From a virus: a stretch of DNA of 64,000 bases. The stretch is from IMG/VR virus record IMGVR_UViG_3300042391_001456, positions 38,754-102,753 of that record; one strand, given 5' to 3'. This document shows positions 57,565 to 64,000 of this stretch, in pieces (within the stretch, counting starts at the first letter, position 1; the number at the start of each line of letters is the position of its first letter). Both the position numbers and the translations under genes were made by a program. The notes beneath the pieces were generated by a model. It did not search any database. It was not told the origin of the DNA and saw only the letters and a list, made by a program, of their open reading frames with translations.

Positions 57565-58359
57565 ATGGAAATAAAAAAATATGATAAGTTTGTTTTACAA
57601 ACAGAGATGATTGAGTATTTTATTAATGACTTTAATACTCAGATATTAACTGAATCGAAAGAGGAATCTGAATCAATATTAAAAAAAATAATATCTGATT
57701 TAAATCTTAATTTTAGATTAGTTGGAACATTTGGATTTGGCATTGGTGCTTTTTTACCAATTGTTAATCAATTAATGAAAAATATGAATCTATCTTCAGT
57801 TGAATTAACAAAAGAAACCATAGTCCTTTTAACACTAACTGCTATTTCAATTATATTTTTGGAAGAAAAAAAACCTAAAGATCCTCAAGAAGAATCTGAA
57901 TTAATAAAAGATTCCAAATCAATGTTAGAAGAGTTGAGAATGAAGGGTATTGGAGATGGTATTGTTAAAAAAGTAATTAAATGTCTAAAATCAACAAAAA
58001 ATGTATTTAAAATAATTGGTAAACATTTAGGTGCTGTTGTTGGTGGATTTATGGATATGTTTGCTTATTCATCAATGATGGTTCCTATAATGAGTACTTT
58101 ATCAAATGTTGTAAATAAATTCGATTTAAATCTAGATACAATGCCTCAAAACTTTCTTATGTTAACTGCTGGTGTTACTACTATAGTTGCTAAGCATGGT
58201 ATTTCATATCTTTTGAGAAAATTGAAAGGCAAGTTAAATATTTCTGATAAAGTAGAGAAAGAAATAGAAAATGAGATAGAGACACCTACAATTACTAAAA
58301 TTGCTAGATTTGGAGACGGTGACTCTAATCAATCTGGTGAATTAATCAAGGAACAATAA
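57565..58359 (+). CDS. hypothetical protein with hydrophobic helices and CTS-like N-terminus
   Basis: MEIKKYDKFV; TAATATATA 5 nt before the ATG. Confidence 0.6.
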   Translation: MEIKKYDKFVLQTEMIEYFINDFNTQILTESKEESESILKKIISDLNLNFRLVGTFGFGIGAFLPIVNQLMKNMNLSSVELTKETIVLLTLTAISIIFLEEKKPKDPQEESELIKDSKSMLEELRMKGIGDGIVKKVIKCLKSTKNVFKIIGKHLGAVVGGFMDMFAYSSMMVPIMSTLSNVVNKFDLNLDTMPQNFLMLTAGVTTIVAKHGISYLLRKLKGKLNISDKVEKEIENEIETPTITKIARFGDGDSNQSGELIKEQ

Positions 58360-58413
58360 ACAAAGGTCTTCTATATCATATAATACATGATTAAAAAAAT
58401 AATTATATGATAC

Positions 58414-59748
58414 ATGACTACTCCACAATTAGAGAAGGTTTATTTTAATTTTATTCTAAAGAATAAAAAGTATTTTGATATAGTAAAGGCATATTTTTTT
58501 AGAAATTCGGAAATTCAATTTGTTTATGGCGTAATTAGAGAGTATATGGTGAAAAATTCAGATGTTGAAGTTCCAACACCTCGCCAAATACTCGACATGA
58601 TTGCGATACAAGATAAAGAGGGTGTTATTACTAAAGAAATCTTAAAATCAATTTTACAAGTAGACCTTAAAGAATACGATGAGAAAAACTTCATCGAACC
58701 TAACTTCAATGGTTGGGTACTATCAAACAGACTTAAAACTGGTACTGTTGATATAATAGACGAAACTAGAAATTTAGATTCAATTTCGGATTTTGATAAA
58801 GCGGTAGAAGCTGCTAACCGAATAAAATGTATTGTTGATGAAATGTCTTCTACAAACTTTATTCAAGATGATGATATGGGATCAGACTTTGATGATGCTG
58901 AAAATCATGTTCAAGATTCTTCAAAGTTTAAAGTTAAATGTGGATTTGAAACTATTGACCATATGCTCGGTGGTGGATGGGATATTTCTACACTAAACGT
59001 AATAATGGCCGAAACTAATAATGGTAAGTCATTATGGATGCAGAATTTTGCCGTTAAATCCGCAAATATGGGTCACAATGTTCTTTATATCACTTTAGAA
59101 ATGAGTGAACGTAAAGTAATGAAGAGATTAGGCGCTATGAGACTTCAGATACCTATCAATGATTATGATAAGCAATCTAAAGATGTTGATCTAATTAAAA
59201 CAAAAATTGAAAACCTCAAAAGAGTTGAAGGTGGGACTGATTTATTTGAAAAGAAAATTGGTAAAATAATAACTAAATTCTGGGCCGCTGGTACCGCAAC
59301 CGTTGCAGATTTTGATAATTATATTCAAAAGTTAAAAGAGAAAAGAGGCGTAAAAATCGATCTAATCATTGTTGATTATATAACATTGGTTGCTGCTAAT
59401 AGAGGTTCCAACGCTGATAACTTATACAGTAAGGGAAAACATTTAGCTGAAGCTTTAAGAGCAATGGGCGCTAAATATAAGTGTCCGGTAATAACTGGGG
59501 TTCAGGTTGCTAAAGATGCTTGGAACTCTTCTGATATAACATTAGAATCCGTTCCTGAGAGTAAAGCTATTGCTGAAACTGCTGATAGTTTCTTTGCCAT
59601 CATCAGAACCGAAGAAATGAAAAGACAAAATCTTTATAGATTTAAACTTTTGAAACAAAGAGATGGTGACTTTTTGAAAGCTCAGGTCAGATTGAATTTG
59701 AATTCAACTTACTTGACCTTGGAAAATGATCAATTTTTAGATCAATAA
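58414..59748 (+). CDS. replicative helicase, T4 gp41/DnaB-like
   Basis: MAETNNGKS, YITLEMSE, IIVDYI, ESKAIAETAD, LKQRDG. Confidence 0.9.
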   Translation: MTTPQLEKVYFNFILKNKKYFDIVKAYFFRNSEIQFVYGVIREYMVKNSDVEVPTPRQILDMIAIQDKEGVITKEILKSILQVDLKEYDEKNFIEPNFNGWVLSNRLKTGTVDIIDETRNLDSISDFDKAVEAANRIKCIVDEMSSTNFIQDDDMGSDFDDAENHVQDSSKFKVKCGFETIDHMLGGGWDISTLNVIMAETNNGKSLWMQNFAVKSANMGHNVLYITLEMSERKVMKRLGAMRLQIPINDYDKQSKDVDLIKTKIENLKRVEGGTDLFEKKIGKIITKFWAAGTATVADFDNYIQKLKEKRGVKIDLIIVDYITLVAANRGSNADNLYSKGKHLAEALRAMGAKYKCPVITGVQVAKDAWNSSDITLESVPESKAIAETADSFFAIIRTEEMKRQNLYRFKLLKQRDGDFLKAQVRLNLNSTYLTLENDQFLDQ

Positions 59749-59795
59749 GAAACAAATATAATAAAAAAAAATATAATAAAAAAATAAATAAATCC

Positions 59796-60722
59796 ATGGC
59801 TAAGAAAAATAGAGACAATGATGATGATGACTTTGATGATGAATTAGAAAATTCCGAATATAATGAAGATATTGAAGATGATGAATCAGAATCCGAATCA
59901 GAATCAGAATTTGATTTGGGAGATGATTGTGATGAGATTGATATAGTTATTGAAATTGATGACGAAGATCTCTTAGATGATACCAAACCAAGTGAAGAAG
60001 ATGATATTGTATTATCAAAACATAAAATTGATGGCAAACACTCATTGAAATATGATTCTATATTCAAGGGTAAAAAAGAAGATCCTCTGAGTGAGGATGA
60101 ATTGGACGGTTTCGCATATTATCATAAAGAAAGTATAGAAGTTGATAAATCTTCAAATTATTATTTTGAATCAATAGATAATGAGAGTTACATTAGATCA
60201 AAGCTAGTAAAAGAAAAAGTTTATGAGGTTTTAGTTTCACATACAGAATTAAATTTTATGAACAACCGAAGAAAACCATCTAGAGTTGATTTTAACCATT
60301 ATTATTTTCTATTAAAACAAAATTTAGATAATGAGAGTTTTACCAATGTTGAATTATTTAATGAATTATCTGTTTACTTTTCCGATAATCTATTTAATAT
60401 GTTTAAGTTATTGGATAATAAATGGAGAAATTTAATAATAAATGAATTACAAGATCATATTGGTAAAAATTTAGAATCTAAACAAATTATGAATAGAAAT
60501 ATATATGAAGGTACTGAAATTGAGTTTGTTTGGGAAGATGAATTTGGATCTGATAAACTTATAACAGGTGTTGTTTTAATAACAGATTATGATAATTCAA
60601 TATTTAGAGTTGATTCATATGAAAATATTTATGATGTTCACATATCAAATATAACTAAAATTTTAAATAACGAAAAGTTCAAATATAATTTGAATAAACT
60701 TAATAATATAGATTTTTTATAA
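59796..60722 (+). CDS. hypothetical protein with acidic N-terminus
   Basis: 308 aa; ends NNIDFL. Confidence 0.6.
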   Translation: MAKKNRDNDDDDFDDELENSEYNEDIEDDESESESESEFDLGDDCDEIDIVIEIDDEDLLDDTKPSEEDDIVLSKHKIDGKHSLKYDSIFKGKKEDPLSEDELDGFAYYHKESIEVDKSSNYYFESIDNESYIRSKLVKEKVYEVLVSHTELNFMNNRRKPSRVDFNHYYFLLKQNLDNESFTNVELFNELSVYFSDNLFNMFKLLDNKWRNLIINELQDHIGKNLESKQIMNRNIYEGTEIEFVWEDEFGSDKLITGVVLITDYDNSIFRVDSYENIYDVHISNITKILNNEKFKYNLNKLNNIDFL

Positions 60723-60816
60723 AAAATAATTGTAAAAAATCCCTAAAAATAATCAATTTGATATATTTAGTTTAAAAATTGACCTAATATATAAAAACAA
60801 AAAAAATAAAAAATAT

Positions 60817-63108
60817 ATGAGAAAAGATATTTATGTTCTAAAAAGAGATGGTAGAAAAGAACTACTTAACTATGAGAAAGTAAATAAAGTTTTAGAGTGG
60901 GCAACTGATGGAATTTCATCTGTTAGCGCATCAGATGTAGCAATGAACGCTAAACTACAAATCTATAGTGGTATAAACACATCAGATATTCATAGAGTTT
61001 TAATTCAAAGTGCCTCTGATATGATCACTGAAGATACTCCAAATTATCAATTTGTAGCTTCTAAACTTTTAAATTATTTACTTAGAAAAGAAGTTTTTAA
61101 TACTTACACTAATTTTCCAAGATTGAAAGACTTTATTAGAACTAATGTAGATAGAGGTGTTTATGATTCAGAAATTCTGAACTTTTATTCAGATAAAGAT
61201 TTGGATAAAATAGAAGGATTCATTAAACATAAAAGAGATGAGGATTTAACTTATGCTGGTATTCAACAATTAATGGATAAGTATCTTGTTCAACATAGAA
61301 AAACTGGTGAACAATATGAAACTCCACAATTTATGTATATGATGATTTCAATTACATTATTTGCTAAATATATTGGTGAAGATCGTATGGATAAAGTTAA
61401 AAGATTCTATGAATTATTATCACTTCAAAAAATATCATTACCAACTCCAATTTTAGCTGGTGTTAGAACACCAAATAGACAATTTTCATCTTGTGTTCTA
61501 ATTGATGTAGCTGATGATTTAGATTCAATTGGAGCATCTGGACACGCGGTTCTTAGATACATTTCAAATAGAGCTGGTATCGGTCTTAACTTTAGATTGA
61601 GAGCTATTGGTTCGGAAGTTAATGGTGGTGAGAAAGTTCATACAGGATTAATTCCATTTCTTAAAGTATTTGAATCATCTGTTAAATCTTGTTCACAAGG
61701 TGGTATTAGAGGAGGTGCTGCAACAGCTCACTACCCATTCTGGCACAAAGAAATTATGGAAATTTTAGTACTTAAAAATAATACTGGTAACGAATTAAAT
61801 AGAGTTAGAAGAATGGATCACTCTATACAATTATGTAGATTGTTTTATAGAAGATTTATTTCAAAAGAAAATATCACTCTTTTTTCACCAAATGATGTTA
61901 CCGATTTATATGAAGCATTTGGATATGATAATGATAAGTTTGAAGAATTATATCTAAAATATGAAAACGATTCAACTATTTCTAAAATAACAATTCCAGC
62001 TGTTGAGTTAATGAATTTACTTCTTCAAGAAAGATTAGAAAATGGTAGAATTTATATTCAAAATTTAGACAACGCTAACACACACTCTGGTTTTACTGAT
62101 AAAATAAATATGAGTAATTTATGCCAAGAGATCAATTTACCTACTAGTCCTATCTATGATGTTAACTCAGAAAAAGAAGGAGAAATTGCACTTTGTGTAT
62201 TAGGAGCAATAAATTTGGGAACTATTAAAGGTTTTGATGAATTAGAAGAAATTTGTGAATATACGGTTAGAATGTTAGATTATATAATTGATATTCAAGA
62301 CTATCCAGTAGTAGCTGCTAAGAAAATGTTAAAAAGAAGATCTTTGGGTGTTGGTGTTACAAATTTAGCTTATTGGTTAGCTAAAAACAATTTAGACTAT
62401 ACAAATAGGTCATTGGTTGAAATTGATAGATTATTTGAACATATTCAATTTAATTTGTTGAAAGCTTCGAATAAATTAGCAAAAGAATATGGAAAGTGTG
62501 AATATTTTGATAGAACAAAATACTCTAAAGGATTATTACCAATTGATCATTATTCAAAATCAGTAGATACTATTGTATCTAGAGAGTTAGAATGTGATTG
62601 GGAATCTTTAAGAAAAGATATTTTAGAATTTGGTTTGAGAAACTCTGTTGTTTCAGCACAGATGCCTTGTGAATCTAGTTCTGTAGTAAGTTCATCAACT
62701 AATGGTATAGAAGCACCTAGAAAACTTATATCTGTTAAAAAATCTAAATCTGGTTCACCTCTTCCAGTTGTTGTTCCTGAGATTTCAAGATTAAAGAATA
62801 AATATTCATTCTCTTGGGGATTCAATAATGATGATATGAATAATGTAGTTGCTGTAATTCAAAAGTATTTTGATCAAGGTATTTCAGTTAACCATTATTA
62901 TGATAAAAAGAAATATGCAGATGGTAATATTCCGTTATCAGAAGTGGCTAAAGATTTATTAACTTTTTACAAATTAGGTGGTAAACAAATCTATTACGCT
63001 AATTCTAAAGATTATAAATCTGATAAATTAGAAGATATGATCACAACTGAAAAATTAGAACTAATTGAGGTTGGTGATAATGATTGTGGAGATTCATGTA
63101 CAATTTAA
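60817..63108 (+). CDS. nrdA: ribonucleotide reductase class Ia alpha subunit
   Basis: ATP cone (VLKRDG), SSCVL, SNLCQEI, C-terminal CxxxC. Confidence 0.96.
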   Translation: MRKDIYVLKRDGRKELLNYEKVNKVLEWATDGISSVSASDVAMNAKLQIYSGINTSDIHRVLIQSASDMITEDTPNYQFVASKLLNYLLRKEVFNTYTNFPRLKDFIRTNVDRGVYDSEILNFYSDKDLDKIEGFIKHKRDEDLTYAGIQQLMDKYLVQHRKTGEQYETPQFMYMMISITLFAKYIGEDRMDKVKRFYELLSLQKISLPTPILAGVRTPNRQFSSCVLIDVADDLDSIGASGHAVLRYISNRAGIGLNFRLRAIGSEVNGGEKVHTGLIPFLKVFESSVKSCSQGGIRGGAATAHYPFWHKEIMEILVLKNNTGNELNRVRRMDHSIQLCRLFYRRFISKENITLFSPNDVTDLYEAFGYDNDKFEELYLKYENDSTISKITIPAVELMNLLLQERLENGRIYIQNLDNANTHSGFTDKINMSNLCQEINLPTSPIYDVNSEKEGEIALCVLGAINLGTIKGFDELEEICEYTVRMLDYIIDIQDYPVVAAKKMLKRRSLGVGVTNLAYWLAKNNLDYTNRSLVEIDRLFEHIQFNLLKASNKLAKEYGKCEYFDRTKYSKGLLPIDHYSKSVDTIVSRELECDWESLRKDILEFGLRNSVVSAQMPCESSSVVSSSTNGIEAPRKLISVKKSKSGSPLPVVVPEISRLKNKYSFSWGFNNDDMNNVVAVIQKYFDQGISVNHYYDKKKYADGNIPLSEVAKDLLTFYKLGGKQIYYANSKDYKSDKLEDMITTEKLELIEVGDNDCGDSCTI

Positions 63109-63109
63109 T

Positions 63110-63138
63110 AAAAAGAGGATTAAAAATCCTCTTTTTTT
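63110..63138 (+). terminator. intrinsic terminator
   Basis: aaaaagaggatt-aaa-aatcctctttttt. Confidence 0.8.
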
Positions 63139-63188
63139 ATCAACAAAAAAATCTATTTATATATAAATTATAATTAAAACATTAAAAT

Positions 63189-64000
63189 ATGGCAAATATA
63201 CTAAATCTAAACAACGAAATCGATTACACAAAAGTTCCTGTTTTCTTCGGTTCTAAAGGAATGTCTATCCAAAGATATGATAAGTTTAAATATCCTGGTT
63301 TCTTCGAATTGTTTAAAAAACAAATTAATTCATTCTGGTTACCAGAGGAGTTTGATTTATCTAAGGATAGATTAGATTATAAAGATATGAGTGATAATGA
63401 AAAATTCATTTTTACTTCAAATCTAAAGTATCAAATCTTATTAGATAGTGTTCAATCTAGAGGTATTCCTCACTTAACAGAGTTTTTATCAAATCCTGAA
63501 GTTGAGGCATTTTGTTCAGCTTGGTCATTCTTTGAAACTATACATTCATACTCTTACACATTTATTATTAAAAATGTTTATTCACAACCTGGAGACGTTT
63601 TTGATAATATTTTAAATGATGAGGAGATTATTAAAAGAGCTTCTTCTGTTACTAAATATTATGATGATTTAATCAACTCATATGGGGAAACTGAAGAGGA
63701 TTTAAAGAAAAAACTTTATCTTACATTAATGTCAATTAATATCTTAGAGGGTATTAGATTTTATGTTTCATTTGCTTGTTCATATGCTTTCGCTCAAAAT
63801 GGTAAAATGGAAGGAAATGCTAAAGTTATCTCACTTATTAATAAAGATGAAAATTTACATTTAGGATTTACTCAAAAAATTCTAAGAGACTTATCCATTA
63901 ACAAAGAAGAAGGTTTCTATGAAATTGCTAAAGAATTACAACCTAAAGTAATTGAGATGTTTAAATTAGCAGCTGAAGAAGAAATGGAATGGGCTGATTA
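63189..64000 (+). CDS. nrdB: ribonucleotide reductase beta subunit, truncated by the window end
   Basis: IQRYDKFKYP, FWLPEE, LLDSVQSRG, ETIHSYSY, LEGIRFYVSFAC, DENLH. Confidence 0.95.
   Translation, partial: MANILNLNNEIDYTKVPVFFGSKGMSIQRYDKFKYPGFFELFKKQINSFWLPEEFDLSKDRLDYKDMSDNEKFIFTSNLKYQILLDSVQSRGIPHLTEFLSNPEVEAFCSAWSFFETIHSYSYTFIIKNVYSQPGDVFDNILNDEEIIKRASSVTKYYDDLINSYGETEEDLKKKLYLTLMSINILEGIRFYVSFACSYAFAQNGKMEGNAKVISLINKDENLHLGFTQKILRDLSINKEEGFYEIAKELQPKVIEMFKLAAEEEMEWAD

Noticed and set aside
128-62825. Many short opposite-strand or alternate-frame ORFs in the track (e.g. 128..388, 888..1286, 9000..9260, 14179..14427, 54577..54876, 59687..60067, 62550..62825)
   Set aside because: They lie within well-supported genes and show no motifs or independent signals
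49490-63108. Introns or inteins in thyA, polB, gp41 or nrdA
   Set aside because: ORFs are uninterrupted, thyA, gp41 and nrdA are of normal length, and no splicing motifs are visible
1-64000. Stop-codon reassignment
   Set aside because: Core genes are full length in code 11, coding density is high, and TAG and TGA end genes normally

Overview
64 kb of a very AT-rich, T4-like (gp13/gp21/gp23/gp32/gp41/gp43-type genes) large or jumbo myophage genome, standard genetic code. The host is probably Bacteroidota: several TTTG-N19/20-TAnnTTTG sigma-A promoters are present and Shine-Dalgarno motifs are not evident. The window holds head genes (neck protein, a prohead protease fused to a repetitive scaffold, major capsid protein), replication and nucleotide genes (gp32 SSB, N-terminal half of a split family-B polymerase, a minimal family-A-like polymerase, gp41 and DinG-like helicases, Dam, ThyA, NrdA/NrdB, Fpg/Nei, NADAR), a phage tmRNA with an atypical tag, a collagen-like Gly-Thr-Ser tail fibre beside a glycosyltransferase/heptosyltransferase cluster, and auxiliary genes (CorA, cyanophycinase, GGCT, peptidases, 2H phosphoesterase). 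The most unusual patterns are: (1) a shared R-[DNE]-x-K-[IL]-x-x-[IL]-[IL] tag, usually C-terminal, on about 10 unrelated small proteins, several of which look like degenerate fragments of capsid protein or DnaB/RecA-like helicase; (2) a T4 CTS-like N-terminal motif (K-x-[FY]-x-x-F-x-x-E) on more than 12 putative late proteins; (3) three distinct upstream promoter-like motifs; (4) an unannotated structured small RNA candidate at about 3796-3880. All assignments come from motif recognition by eye; no database searches were run.
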